Part shown: positions 18,324 to 28,965 of the stretch, in pieces
How positions within the stretch are numbered: the first letter of the stretch is position 1
How the letters are laid out: every line of letters begins with the position of its first letter
Origin: Rubripirellula sp.
GTDB lineage: Bacteria > Planctomycetota > Planctomycetia > Pirellulales > Pirellulaceae
Direction of reading: 5' to 3'
Length of the DNA: 64,000 bases
Assembly: GCA_965216875.1 (NCBI GenBank)
Contig: OZ244207.1
Span: forward strand, 5,152,001 to 5,216,000
Notes under the pieces: generated by a model
What the model was told of the DNA's origin: nothing
The model's database searches: none
The model's input: only the letters and a program-made list of their open reading frames with translations
Program-made: the position numbers and the translations under genes

Positions 18324-20897
18324 TCATTCTGGCAATGCGTCAGTTGGTGGTCGAGTCGATCGAATCTTGATCGTGCCACGGACAGAGCCAACTTCCGGGG
18401 GCGTACCGACGACCGCAACGGGCTGGCCACTTTCGACGTTAACCACATTCAAGAAGACCGTCGTCGCCTTGCCGAGCTCAAATCGCCAACGAAGTTCGTG
18501 CGTGCCCGCGGGGACCGTGGTCGCGGCCGAGCGTCCGGTTGGATCAAAAACAACGGGATCGTCATCCAACCAAATGGTTTGCTTGATGTCGCCAATCGCC
18601 GAGTGAAGCTGCAAGCTCACATCCGATTCGAATTCCACCTTGCCCCACAGTTCAACGGTCACCTGTTCCAACTGCTGATTCAACGCGCCATTGATGCGGG
18701 CAAGCAGATCGGGGTTGATCACGGCCCCCATCCCATATTCCACAGCAATCCATTGCGAGTTCGGTTCGATTGCAATGGCACCCGACATCTCGCTCGTTTT
18801 TGCGGAGGCTGCATCCGATGGGATGTTTGCGTCGGGCCCCTCTTGATCGCTTGCATCGACCTTCGATGCGTCCGCATCCGTTTCATTGACACCAACAAGG
18901 TACGTTGGTAGCGCAGCCTCGATTTCGTCAATCGTCTTTTCAAGTTCAAGTTGCCGAACGTCGGTCACATCATCCAGCGACGCCTGGATCATTGTCAGTG
19001 CATGCAGCTTGATCGATTGACCGGCGCGACCGGCATGGCGGTCCGCCAAACTCAACCAGGCATTCGCCAGAGCGATTCGTTTACCTGCCGGTGCATCATC
19101 GGCGAGTTCAAGTTCACGTTTGGCCAGATTTGCAAGTCGCACGTTGGGCGCGACAGCCAACCACTTCAAGCCAACGTCCCATTTCCTAAGGAACAAACAG
19201 TAATAGCGTCCGGCAACACTTGCATTCCGCACAGCAGACAAGTCGGTCGCATCCAAGTCTGCCTCGGCGACCGTTTTTGACATCCGGCGCATTTGCCGAA
19301 CCGATTCGTCAAACAGATCAAGCTGGCGTTGTGCGTCGTCATCGCGAAGCTTCTCTGCCAATTCGCGACAGTGCTTCGTCGCGTTCTTACAATCGACAAA
19401 CGCCTCTTCAACCAGCATCGCATCACACAGGGCCATGCCCTTTTCCAGCAGGCGTGCTCGGGTTTGTTCGTCGACAGCAGATTCGGTGGCCGCATCAAAG
19501 CTCGATACCAACACGGCATCTTCATCGGTTTCGTAGAGATGCGTCCAATCGGCCCTTCGGTCGAGCGTTTCCATGGACTCCAGTGTCCATGCGGTTTCCA
19601 ACGCCATCATGGACACGACCCAGTACGGCTGACTGCCAGGTTTGAGCTTGGATGCGACCGACTTGAGGAGCGTCAAACGCGACACCGCATTTCGAAGCGA
19701 AAGCGGTTCGCTCAACGACGGATGTTCCGCGAACAGCTGTTGCTCCAGACGGTCAATGCTCGCCATCGTCGGTGGCGCAGCACGATTCGGCGTTGCGATG
19801 GGTGTCGTCTCTTCCTGATTCTCGGCGGTCCGAGTCTCTTCCAAAGCCTGCTCGAATGGGTCGGGCAAGAAACCGTTGTCGGAAGGATCGACCTTCGCCA
19901 TCGCGTCTTCAGCCGCGCCCATCTGCTCGGCAGCATCCGTTCGCGCGACTTCCTCCTCTTGCTCGATCGCAGGTGGCGTTTGCTCGATCGCAGGTGGCGA
20001 CACTGATTCCGTCAACTCTTCCTTTGCGACCATTGGCGTCGTAGGCAGTTCGACGTCAACCTTTGCATCAAGATCAACCGGTTCCACCGTGGCCTCGGCT
20101 TCGGAATCGCGGAATGTTTCCAGCGGAATGGATTCGGTGCGGGGCAGGGCAGGGGAGACTTCGGCCGAAGCAGGTGTCACCTTGGGCGGCTCGATCGAAA
20201 CCTCCTGAACCGGCTCGACCGGCTGAACTTCAGCGGTCTCCACCTCTTCGCCGAGTTTTAGCGGCGCAGGATCCGGGTCTGCATTCCAGGTCGCCAACGA
20301 GTACATCACCAACACGACCAATCCGACGAGCGACGCGATCAACCAGGGATGATGAATCTCACTGATGAAGTGTCGTGCTTGTCGAACCAGCGGACTGCTG
20401 TTTCGCAAATCTTCGTCGTCAAGACTCGTCGCCCATGAGGGCCCCGGTCCAATCGGCTCAGGATTCAGCTGCAGCATCTCGATCAGCTGCATATCACTCG
20501 CGTGCTTCGGATCGATCGTACTTTCAGGATCGCCGGCGCGCGACTTGTCGCCGTCGTGAAAGTTACTTGGACTCGCGTAGGCGATAGCATTGGGCAGGAT
20601 TCGACCCACATGAGCGCGGTGGTGCGAATCATGGCGCTGGCGTGGGTCAAGCAACCGATAAGCCGACGTGGCAACGCGCGAGAGCTGGAGTGCTACTTGT
20701 TCGTTCGGCTCTTCAAGCTGTCGCTCGGCCAACGTTTTCGCACTGCGCGTCGCCGCATTCCGAATCACCGTCAAACGGTATTCGTTGGGACGCACCCCGA
20801 GCCTTCGAAAATCTTCGTGGTCGAGGTTCATCGCGGTGGGCGATTGGGAGGGCATTGCGCCGGCGCGTTGGGTCGGTTGATTGTTGAAGGAAACCAT
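18324..20897 (-). CDS. Membrane-anchored hypothetical protein with a degenerate J-domain-like N-terminus
   Basis: Long ORF. N-terminal FRRLGV...AYRLLDPRQR, one TM (WLIASLVGLVVLVMYSLA), Pro/Glu-rich linker, helical region and beta-rich C-terminus. Start uncertain (20948, 20897, 20855 or 20831). Confidence 0.7.
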   Translation of the reverse strand: MVSFNNQPTQRAGAMPSQSPTAMNLDHEDFRRLGVRPNEYRLTVIRNAATRSAKTLAERQLEEPNEQVALQLSRVATSAYRLLDPRQRHDSHHRAHVGRILPNAIAYASPSNFHDGDKSRAGDPESTIDPKHASDMQLIEMLQLNPEPIGPGPSWATSLDDEDLRNSSPLVRQARHFISEIHHPWLIASLVGLVVLVMYSLATWNADPDPAPLKLGEEVETAEVQPVEPVQEVSIEPPKVTPASAEVSPALPRTESIPLETFRDSEAEATVEPVDLDAKVDVELPTTPMVAKEELTESVSPPAIEQTPPAIEQEEEVARTDAAEQMGAAEDAMAKVDPSDNGFLPDPFEQALEETRTAENQEETTPIATPNRAAPPTMASIDRLEQQLFAEHPSLSEPLSLRNAVSRLTLLKSVASKLKPGSQPYWVVSMMALETAWTLESMETLDRRADWTHLYETDEDAVLVSSFDAATESAVDEQTRARLLEKGMALCDAMLVEEAFVDCKNATKHCRELAEKLRDDDAQRQLDLFDESVRQMRRMSKTVAEADLDATDLSAVRNASVAGRYYCLFLRKWDVGLKWLAVAPNVRLANLAKRELELADDAPAGKRIALANAWLSLADRHAGRAGQSIKLHALTMIQASLDDVTDVRQLELEKTIDEIEAALPTYLVGVNETDADASKVDASDQEGPDANIPSDAASAKTSEMSGAIAIEPNSQWIAVEYGMGAVINPDLLARINGALNQQLEQVTVELWGKVEFESDVSLQLHSAIGDIKQTIWLDDDPVVFDPTGRSAATTVPAGTHELRWRFELGKATTVFLNVVNVESGQPVAVVGTPPEVGSVRGTIKIRSTRPPTDALPE

Positions 20898-21003
20898 GTC
20901 GTTTACTTGGACACGGCTCGGCTTCCCAGGTTCCCCCACCACAGGCATTCACAGAATCAATCGCACAGGCCTTAAGCCTGCACGTCACAGATTACTCGTG
21001 ATT

Positions 21004-21906
21004 TCAAACGTCGCAAACCTGAAACGCTTGTTCCAAGGAAGCGACTGGATCGTCTGCGGTAGGAATGAATTCCTGAGCGACAAAGCCTTTGTATCCGGTC
21101 TCTATTATCGCACGCATCACTGCGGGATAGTTGATTTCTTGGTTATCGTCCAGCTCGCCCCGCCCCGGATTCCCGGCGGTGTGATAGTGCCCCACAATGT
21201 CGCTGTAACGGCGAATATTCCGGATCAGATCTCCGTTCATGATTTGCACGTGATAGACATCAAATAGCAACTGGAAACTTGGTGAACCGACTGCCTTGAC
21301 CAGGTCAGCACAGAGGTGCAAATCGTCACCCCAATAACCTGGATGTCCTTTCATTGGGTGCGAATCGTCCTCGCTATTGAGGTGCTCAAGGACCAATCCA
21401 ATCCCTTTCTCTTCGGCGTAGGGAATCACACGTTTCCAACATTCAACGCAATTGCGGAGAGACGCTTCTTCGCTAATGCCTTTGGTTTGCATCCCTGTAA
21501 AAGTGATCACGTTTGGGGCGCCATATTTGACAGCCAAATCGATGCCATCGCGCAGCTTCTTTTCGACCATGGCATGGTTATCGGGGTTGATCGGACCATC
21601 CTTGAACCCATGACTTCCAACCAGGGAGATCTTCAGTCCCATTTTCGTTACGGCGTCGTAGTGCTCTGATCCAATCCCTTCGATCGCTTCGAGACCGATT
21701 CGCTTGCAGTGCTTTGCAAGCGTGATCGCATCCATCGGACGAAAACACCAACCCATCACCGACTGACGAATGCGACCCTTGGGTTTTGCATCCTCACCTG
21801 CTGCGTCTGCCTGAGCGGCGGCTGCGGTGTGGGCACCCGCGGCCAAGGTGGTTCCTGCAATCACGGCGTTGGCTGCTAAAAAGTCTCGTCGTTTCATCTC
21901 TCGCAT
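21004..21906 (-). CDS. Tat-exported hydroxypyruvate isomerase family protein (xylose isomerase-like TIM barrel)
   Basis: KRRDFL twin-arginine leader; LEHLN, LLFDVYHVQI, HYHTAGNPGRGE and QEF motifs. Confidence 0.88.
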   Translation of the reverse strand: MREMKRRDFLAANAVIAGTTLAAGAHTAAAAQADAAGEDAKPKGRIRQSVMGWCFRPMDAITLAKHCKRIGLEAIEGIGSEHYDAVTKMGLKISLVGSHGFKDGPINPDNHAMVEKKLRDGIDLAVKYGAPNVITFTGMQTKGISEEASLRNCVECWKRVIPYAEEKGIGLVLEHLNSEDDSHPMKGHPGYWGDDLHLCADLVKAVGSPSFQLLFDVYHVQIMNGDLIRNIRRYSDIVGHYHTAGNPGRGELDDNQEINYPAVMRAIIETGYKGFVAQEFIPTADDPVASLEQAFQVCDV

Positions 21907-22228
21907 CTTTCTCAGGTCAGGTTCCTTTTCTGGGCCTGCGAAGTGATCGCAGAAGGCCGGAAACGGCACCGAAGTGGGCAAAACACCAGCCAAATATTGT
22001 AGACCCCAACCTAAGAAACATGTGGTTTATTCGTTCAAACCAATGGACCGGCGTTCGTGCCCAGGCAAATCGGCCACCGGGCGGAGTTTTTCTCCGAAGA
22101 AACCTGCTCCGGCGTGCCCGAACCGAAGATTTGCATGCCGGTGCGAACAAGCTGCAAAATGGCGTTTGTTGCGGTGAGAAAACTCGCGACGACGAACCAA
22201 CTTTTCATTTCGAATAGGGATCGACACT

Positions 22229-24667
22229 ATGTCTGGTTCACCAACCCCATTGGTATTGGCACCCTTCAAATTGGCATTGGCGTCATTCCTGCTCTTTACT
22301 GGGCTCTTTCCCGTGGCTGCCCAGGCGCAAGGCTTGCTGATCTCGGGTGAAGAAACCCATCGCCACCGGCTCCCGCGTCCCATGCCGCGGCCGACTCCCC
22401 GAGGTCCAGGATTCCTCTACGACATCGCCAAACTCGAAATTGACACCTCGATTCGTGGGCAAGTCGCCGAAGTACAGGTTGCACAAACCTTCAAAAACTG
22501 CTCCAGCAACACGTTGCAAGTGAAATTTGTCTTTCCACTTCCCTACGACGGTGCCATCGATCAGATGACCTTCATGGTCGACGGAGAAGAGCTTGAAGGA
22601 CGTTTGCTCGAAGCTGACAAAGCCCGCGACATCTATCAATCTTACGTTCGTCGAAGCCAAGACCCCGCGCTCGTTCAGTGGATCGGAACGGGCATGTTTC
22701 AGACGCAAGTCTTCCCCGTACCCGCGGGGGCCGAACGCACCGTTTCCCTTCGCTACACACAACTTTGCAGACGCACAGGTTCGCTGAACGATTGGTTGCT
22801 TCCCCTATCGCCAACTCAATTCACAACGCGCCCGATTGGACAGGTCGAAATTCGCGGACGCATCCGAAGTGAAACCAAAATCGGAAACGTCTATAGCCCG
22901 TCGCATGATGTCGAGATTGATCGCGACGGTGACAAAGTTGCCAAGTTCAAATACTCAGCAAGATCCAAAATCCCACAACGCGACTTCCGCATGCTCTGGG
23001 ATGCTGGGGAAAGCCCCGTGCAACTTTCGGTCGTCGCGCATCGCCCCGACCCCAAACAAGACGGCTATTTCATGTTGATGATTCAGCCACAGCTTCCAAA
23101 GCCATCAGCCGATTACGAAAAATCGGGTAAAAACGTCATCCTGGTGCTCGACAAGAGCGGCAGCATGCGTGGCGAGAAAATCGATCAAGCGCGACGCGCA
23201 GCTTCGTACGTTGTCGAACGCCTCAAGGGACGCGATCGATTCACGCTGATCAACTACGACAGCAACGTCGAAACCTTCCGAAGCGAGTTAACCTCGGCCG
23301 ACAAGGAGACGCGCAATGATGCCAAGGAATACATCGATTCCATGCTCGCTGGTGGCAGCACAAACATCGACGAAGCCCTAAAGGAAGCCCTCGCCGCAGC
23401 CTCTCATGCCGATGGCCCTTGCTACGTCGTCTTCATGACCGATGGTCGTCCAACGGTCGGCGAGCGCAACGCGATGCAGATCGCGGCAAACGCAAAGAAG
23501 CAACTTCAAGAAGGAACGCGACTGTTCAGTCTTGGTGTTGGCCCCGACGTCAATAGTCGCCTGCTCGACAAACTGGCAAGCATCTGCCTGGGACAAACCA
23601 CCTATGTCCGACCAGGCGAGCCTCTTGATGATGTCATCAGCGCGCTCTACGACCGTGTTGGCGCTCCGGCACTGACCGATGCAAAACTGAAGATCACCGT
23701 CGATGGCAAAGAAGGTCGTACGCGCAGCCTGTATCCCAACGAGATGTATGACCTCTTCTCGGGCGATCAACTTGTGATCGTAGGCCGATATCGAAAGCCA
23801 GGTGCTCTGAAGATCAAACTGTCGGGTGACTTTCTAGGCAAACGACAACAATACGTGTTCGAAGATGAATTGCCGGACGAAACGGGCAGTGGAAAAGACG
23901 TCTTTGTCGAGCGCCTTTGGGCAACGCGACGCATCGGCCAAATCATCGACGAAATCGACTTAGCTGGCGAAAACAAGGAACTCGTTGATGAATTGATCAT
24001 CTTGTCCAAGCGACACGGAATCTTGACCCCTTACACCGCCTACTTGGCCGAAGAACGCACCGACCTCAACGACATGTCGCGTGGACGCCGTGTGGCACAA
24101 AGCAACCTATCGCGACTGCAAGCCGAATCGGGCCGCGACGCTTTCTTTCAACGATCGCTCAAGAGCCGACTCCGCTCGACCAATCGCGCCGCGGAACTCT
24201 CGGACGGCATGATGATGGAAGAGGAAATGATGATGGCGATGGACGCACCGACCTCCCGTCCCGCCCTCGGTCGCGTCAGTGGCTCCGCTCGGACAGCTGC
24301 GCCAGCAGCCGGTTTTGGCGGCGGACGCATCGTTGGTGACTTTGCCGTCGCAGCCCCCGTCGATGGCGAAGGCAAACTCAAACGCGAAGTGGACCGATTG
24401 AGGCAACAACTCGTCAAACGAATCGGCGCCAAGACCTTCTTCCGCAAAGCGAATCGGTATGTCGACTCCGATGCCTCCAAGAAACAGATCGCGGAAGCGA
24501 AGAAGGTCGTGCAATTCAGCGACGAGTACTTTGACTTGCTGAAACAACTCGGCGATGAAGCCAAAGATTACTTGGCCGAAGAAACCGAGGTGCTCGTCGT
24601 GATCAAAGGGAAAGCCTATCTGATCACGCCACCAAGTCAGTCCGACAAGGAACCTGCCAAAGAGTAG
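22229..24667 (+). CDS. Secreted VIT and vWA domain-containing protein
   Basis: Signal peptide; VIT domain (QTFKN...FVFPLP...DPALVQ); MIDAS DKSGSM, GGSTNI, FMTDG. Confidence 0.9.
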   Translation: MSGSPTPLVLAPFKLALASFLLFTGLFPVAAQAQGLLISGEETHRHRLPRPMPRPTPRGPGFLYDIAKLEIDTSIRGQVAEVQVAQTFKNCSSNTLQVKFVFPLPYDGAIDQMTFMVDGEELEGRLLEADKARDIYQSYVRRSQDPALVQWIGTGMFQTQVFPVPAGAERTVSLRYTQLCRRTGSLNDWLLPLSPTQFTTRPIGQVEIRGRIRSETKIGNVYSPSHDVEIDRDGDKVAKFKYSARSKIPQRDFRMLWDAGESPVQLSVVAHRPDPKQDGYFMLMIQPQLPKPSADYEKSGKNVILVLDKSGSMRGEKIDQARRAASYVVERLKGRDRFTLINYDSNVETFRSELTSADKETRNDAKEYIDSMLAGGSTNIDEALKEALAAASHADGPCYVVFMTDGRPTVGERNAMQIAANAKKQLQEGTRLFSLGVGPDVNSRLLDKLASICLGQTTYVRPGEPLDDVISALYDRVGAPALTDAKLKITVDGKEGRTRSLYPNEMYDLFSGDQLVIVGRYRKPGALKIKLSGDFLGKRQQYVFEDELPDETGSGKDVFVERLWATRRIGQIIDEIDLAGENKELVDELIILSKRHGILTPYTAYLAEERTDLNDMSRGRRVAQSNLSRLQAESGRDAFFQRSLKSRLRSTNRAAELSDGMMMEEEMMMAMDAPTSRPALGRVSGSARTAAPAAGFGGGRIVGDFAVAAPVDGEGKLKREVDRLRQQLVKRIGAKTFFRKANRYVDSDASKKQIAEAKKVVQFSDEYFDLLKQLGDEAKDYLAEETEVLVVIKGKAYLITPPSQSDKEPAKE

Positions 24668-24712
24668 CCTGGATCTCCCTGCACTCTGTCGAATTCACTG
24701 CCGTCCTGTGAC

Positions 24713-25630
24713 TCACTCAAACGCGACTCGCATGACGGCGGTTTCGGCTTCATACTGAGGTTGCCCCGCTTGGGCAGCCTCGGCATCGGCGATCGTTTCT
24801 TCTTGGTCGACAAAACGGCAAAGCGTCACCGTGATATTGTCACGACCACCGGCCTGTTTCGCCATCTCGACCAACGTTCGACAACTCTCTTCGGCCGAGC
24901 GACACGAACCCAGCACATCGGCGATCGCTTGCTCGGAAACATGTCCGGTCAATCCATCGGTGCACATCAACAACTGATCGCCCAGCTGTAGATTCGTCTT
25001 GCCGTACAGAGGCTCCATCTGGCTGCTACATCCAAGCGCACTGACCAAGACATGCGAGTAGCGATGGCTTTCCACCGCCGATGGCGGGATCATTCCGTTG
25101 TCCGCCAATGCTTGAGCCAACGTCTGGTCGTGGGAGAGAAGCTGCAATTGTTGGTCGCGGAACAAGTACGCTCGGCTGTCGCCAACATGGATCATGTAGG
25201 CGTACGGCCAAACCATCCAACCCAGCGTCAACGTGGTTCCCATCTTGGATTGCTCGGGAATCACCTGGGCAACACTTTGAATCTTCGATTGCGAAAACTC
25301 GAGCGCCGACTTGAGCCCGTCAAAGAATCGATGCTCGTGGCTCTTTGAACAATAGAGTGGCCAATGCAAGTTGGTCAGCAGGTACTGCACGATCCCCTCG
25401 ATCGCCATGCAGCTGGCCCGTTCACCGCCGGTATGGCCCCCCATTCCGTCAGCCACCATCATCAACTTGGCGCGCGGAGCACCGAGCCATTCACATTGGC
25501 CCTCGAATCCCAGGCTGGTGTGTTCGATCACGGCGGTCTTGCAAAGATCCGCGATCAAGAACTGGTCCTGATTCGATTCTCGAACGCACCCAATATCGGT
25601 CAGCCCAAAGCTGTCGACCGTCCCTCGCAT
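24713..25630 (-). CDS. PP2C-family Ser/Thr protein phosphatase
   Basis: RESNQD, VADGMGGH, MGTT, HVGDSRAY, LMCTDGL and GGRDNIT motifs. Confidence 0.94.
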   Translation of the reverse strand: MRGTVDSFGLTDIGCVRESNQDQFLIADLCKTAVIEHTSLGFEGQCEWLGAPRAKLMMVADGMGGHTGGERASCMAIEGIVQYLLTNLHWPLYCSKSHEHRFFDGLKSALEFSQSKIQSVAQVIPEQSKMGTTLTLGWMVWPYAYMIHVGDSRAYLFRDQQLQLLSHDQTLAQALADNGMIPPSAVESHRYSHVLVSALGCSSQMEPLYGKTNLQLGDQLLMCTDGLTGHVSEQAIADVLGSCRSAEESCRTLVEMAKQAGGRDNITVTLCRFVDQEETIADAEAAQAGQPQYEAETAVMRVAFE

Positions 25631-25784
25631 GACGCCCTCACAACGCAATTCTGTGCCGGAATGAATCCTGTTTGGATCAACAACCAAAACTAGAACAGGC
25701 AATTAAAGACATCAAGGTCCGATTTAACGCAAAGGGGCGGGCGCATTGACGCAGGGCCCACAATTATTTGAGCCGGGCTGCTCG

Positions 25785-26025
25785 TTGTACCGAGCTTTAG
25801 CCGGAATCTTCTCACGCAAGCCGCCAAAAGGCCGAGAAATTTTGTGAGCCGCTGGCCGTGAGGCCTCGGGCCCTTGCCTCGTGTGCGAGGCCCGGCCGTT
25901 AACGCGCGCTCCAACAATCACCCTCCCGCTTGCGGGAGGGTCGGACGCAAAGTCCGGGGAGGGAATGACCTCTAACTAACGCCCCCTCTCCGGGCCTTAG
26001 AGCCCGACTCTCCCAAGGGAGAGTG
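25785..26025. repeat. Mosaic REP cluster
   Basis: GTACCGAGCTTTAGCCGGAATC arm (~25785-25809), GTGAGCCGCTGGCCGTGAGGCCTCGGGCC (25844-25872), perfect hairpin CCCTCCCGC-TT-GCGGGAGGG (25921-25940) and a CTCTCCC-AA-GGGAGAG hairpin near 26008-26023. Confidence 0.75.
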
Positions 26026-26077
26026 TTAAGACGCGCAGCTTCGAAGCCTAGTGGAAGCGAAATTGCAATCCGCAGCG

Positions 26078-28444
26078 CTAACGCAGCGTTTCTTCGATCC
26101 AGAAGGGACGCTTCCTCTCGGCGCGCCGACGTGCGTCTTCAAGCATCACGTCGATGCTGCCGTTGAAATCGATCGACCTTGGGCGACTGCCGTAGCGGAC
26201 CACGATTCGCTCGTACATGTCGATGCCTGGCTGCGGACGGAGGCATAGCTTGATGCGGTCGCTTGGACCACGAACACGAATCTGATTGCCATCGCCGATC
26301 GTTCCTGTAACAGGCGCGGCACGAATGCGTTTGTTTTCTTCATTCCACAGAACAGGATCAATCACCAAGTCGGGCTTCAAGTCCTCCAACTCAACCCACC
26401 AGAAAAACTGATCGCCGCTCCGCATGGTGGCAACTTCAAAATCACGTGGCGGGTCTTTCCGCTTGTGGGCGGCCAATCGCATCCAATCAAAGATACGAGG
26501 CATCTCGTCATAGAAGTACTCCCGACCACGTCCGCGGTACATCACGATCATCGCGTCATGCTTGAAGGTCATGTAGTCGTTGATCAGCGTGCCCGCGGGT
26601 TTATTCGCATCGCGATCTCCCATGACGATGTACATCGGGACAAACTCTGAGTTGTCCTTGTAGTGGGGAACCGTCCGTGTCACCGACGGCGAACCGCTAA
26701 GCGAGATCATGCCGGCCCAAATATCGGGGTGAGAAAGAGCGATGTCCCAAGCGGCCGTGCCGCCTTCACCATGACCTGCAATGAAGACACGGTCTGAATC
26801 AATCGCTGTCCGCCGCATCGCGTCGCGCAGACAGACCAGCACGCGTTGGTGTTCTTTAGGCGTGTACTCATAGCGACGTTGGTTTGGTCGTGTCCAAACG
26901 GGTGCAACGACGATGAAACCGTAACGCGAAGCATAGCCAACGCGTGATTGGAGCTTTTGACTGAATTGGTTGCCCGCCCACCAATCGATTTGCGACTGTG
27001 GCGAAGCGGTCGATTCATGCAACGCGAGGACGCAAGGATACTGACGCAGCGGGTCGTACTCGGGCGGCAACTGAACGACATACTTCTGCTCACCGACAGT
27101 CATCATGAACATTCCCGCAATCTCCTCGCTCTCGGCCGATTCGGGCAAGGGCAGGGGAGGGGGAAGGAGTGGCAGGATTCGGTCGACGTATTCCGCTTCG
27201 GCACCTTCAAGGTTTCGCAATTGATCAAGAATCGATTGCCGCCGCAGAGGATCCGATTCACCGAGATACTCGGCGACCAAGTCACGAACTTTGATCAGCG
27301 ACGTGACCACGGTCAGGTTCTGCTCGCCGGAACCGCTTCCCAGCAACCAACCGGCGATCGCAAGCGCGATGCGGTTGTCGATGGGCAAGTTGTCGACATT
27401 GGACTTGAGCGAATAGTCACTCAGACGAGGCAGAGTTGCCGACGACAAGCCTGCTTCCATTTCATCAACAATTCCTTGCAGCTGGCCGGCTCGGTTTTTG
27501 TCGAGCGTCGCGATTTGTGCTCGCAATCGCTTGATCATTTCGGCACCATCGTCACGCGACTTGTTCAACTCAGCGAGCGCGTCGTCCACTTTGATCCGCA
27601 TCACTCGGCTCACCGCACCACGCGGGAACTCATTCAACATGTTGCGAGCCAACTGCGGTTGCCCCACTTCGGCCCGCAACTGTGCTTCGGTCAATAGCTG
27701 TTCGGCTTGCTGTTCGGTGAGTGCTGCGAGTTGTGGCTTCAGATCTACCTCTTCGGGAAAGTCATCAATCACATCAGACAACAATTGCCACGCATCTTCG
27801 TACCGCTGAGCCGAAATGAAAAACCGCACCACTTGCAAACGGCCATCCATGTCGTTGCGTGCGACTTTGTGCTCAAAGATTCTCTTTAGAGTCAACGAGT
27901 CGATCGAGCTGGTCGCGACACGCATGTCCCACATCAGACTCGGCTTGCCTTTAAGTGCGCGAACACGTGCGTAGCGAGAATTCAGTTCAGTGATTCCCTG
28001 ATGCAACTGAAACGGACCATCTTTCGAACGAATCGTGACACTTCGTCGGCCGATCTTGTTGAATTGTGAAAGCTGCAGCACATCCCCCAAAGCCGAGACG
28101 GCTTTACCGCCAAGCGGAACGGGTTGCCACAATTCGATCGTCGATTCCAAATCAGCAACTTCGACCGGGTTGCCCACGCCCATCCCCTGGCCATGAACAA
28201 AAATGCGGCGCAAGCCGTCATCAATCACCCAGATGGGACGGACAGCAACATCGCCAGCTGCGGCTGCACCAAACCCATCCTTCAGCGTGGGGATCTCATT
28301 CTTGAGTCCGCGCACCACCAAGCCATTCTTGAAGCGGAACAGCTGCTCCGCCTGAAGCGTTGGACTTGCAGTGATCGCTACAAGGAAGACAAGGGAGAGT
28401 TTAAGCAGACGATTGGGCACCAACGAACGCAAAGATTGGCTCAT
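26078..28444 (-). CDS. Secreted protein with a C-terminal alpha/beta-hydrolase (esterase/peptidase-like) domain, catalytic residues substituted
   Basis: Signal peptide; VQLPPEYDP..YPCVLALH, GFIVVAP and DRVFIAGHGEGG..HPDIWAG motifs. ATGA overlap with the upstream gene. Confidence 0.8.
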   Translation of the reverse strand: MSQSLRSLVPNRLLKLSLVFLVAITASPTLQAEQLFRFKNGLVVRGLKNEIPTLKDGFGAAAAGDVAVRPIWVIDDGLRRIFVHGQGMGVGNPVEVADLESTIELWQPVPLGGKAVSALGDVLQLSQFNKIGRRSVTIRSKDGPFQLHQGITELNSRYARVRALKGKPSLMWDMRVATSSIDSLTLKRIFEHKVARNDMDGRLQVVRFFISAQRYEDAWQLLSDVIDDFPEEVDLKPQLAALTEQQAEQLLTEAQLRAEVGQPQLARNMLNEFPRGAVSRVMRIKVDDALAELNKSRDDGAEMIKRLRAQIATLDKNRAGQLQGIVDEMEAGLSSATLPRLSDYSLKSNVDNLPIDNRIALAIAGWLLGSGSGEQNLTVVTSLIKVRDLVAEYLGESDPLRRQSILDQLRNLEGAEAEYVDRILPLLPPPLPLPESAESEEIAGMFMMTVGEQKYVVQLPPEYDPLRQYPCVLALHESTASPQSQIDWWAGNQFSQKLQSRVGYASRYGFIVVAPVWTRPNQRRYEYTPKEHQRVLVCLRDAMRRTAIDSDRVFIAGHGEGGTAAWDIALSHPDIWAGMISLSGSPSVTRTVPHYKDNSEFVPMYIVMGDRDANKPAGTLINDYMTFKHDAMIVMYRGRGREYFYDEMPRIFDWMRLAAHKRKDPPRDFEVATMRSGDQFFWWVELEDLKPDLVIDPVLWNEENKRIRAAPVTGTIGDGNQIRVRGPSDRIKLCLRPQPGIDMYERIVVRYGSRPRSIDFNGSIDVMLEDARRRAERKRPFWIEETLR

Positions 28445-28965
28445 GTGTGTTGGTCTCCGCCCCCAATGGTAAGAATCGTAACGGCCTGAAGAAGTGAACG
28501 TCCAAGCGGTGCCATTCCTTTTCGAACATTGCGAACGGCTGGCATCGTTTGGGCAACCCAATCGCCCCCTTCGGCAGCCCACCAATCAGCGGCCTCCGAT
28601 TGAGCGAGAAGCGACTCAATGTCACGATCGGTCGCGGCGTCCGCATTGGACGGCTGCTGGGCAACGATCGTCGTTTTCGATGGGTCGGTATCCGACTTTG
28701 CAAACTGCCAACCAACGGTGAACAGCAATGCCGCCGCAACGGTTGCATAAGCGATCCATTTCGACCGCCGATTCACGCTCGGCGCGGTCACTTTCGGTCG
28801 CGTGACTTTCGGCGTGACCACTGAATGGATACGTCGCCACGCAATCATCCGGTCACAACACTGCGCACATTCCGCCGCGTGCTCGCTAATCAATTGATCG
28901 GAATCAACGTCGACACGTTGGTCGATCAAGTCCTGAAGTCGGTCATGGAAGTCGGCACATTTCAT
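28441..28965 (-). CDS. Putative zinc-binding (ZAS/zf-HC2-like) transmembrane anti-sigma factor
   Basis: MKC..F..RL...HAAECAQC (HxxxCxxC) followed by one TM; ATGA-coupled to the ECF sigma gene. Confidence 0.78.
   Translation of the reverse strand: MKCADFHDRLQDLIDQRVDVDSDQLISEHAAECAQCCDRMIAWRRIHSVVTPKVTRPKVTAPSVNRRSKWIAYATVAAALLFTVGWQFAKSDTDPSKTTIVAQQPSNADAATDRDIESLLAQSEAADWWAAEGGDWVAQTMPAVRNVRKGMAPLGRSLLQAVTILTIGGGDQHT

Noticed and set aside
19959..19999. 21-bp in-frame duplication (PPAIEQ twice), and a similar 12-bp repeat near 61566-61595
   Set aside because: Trivial slippage in disordered linkers that preserves the frame.
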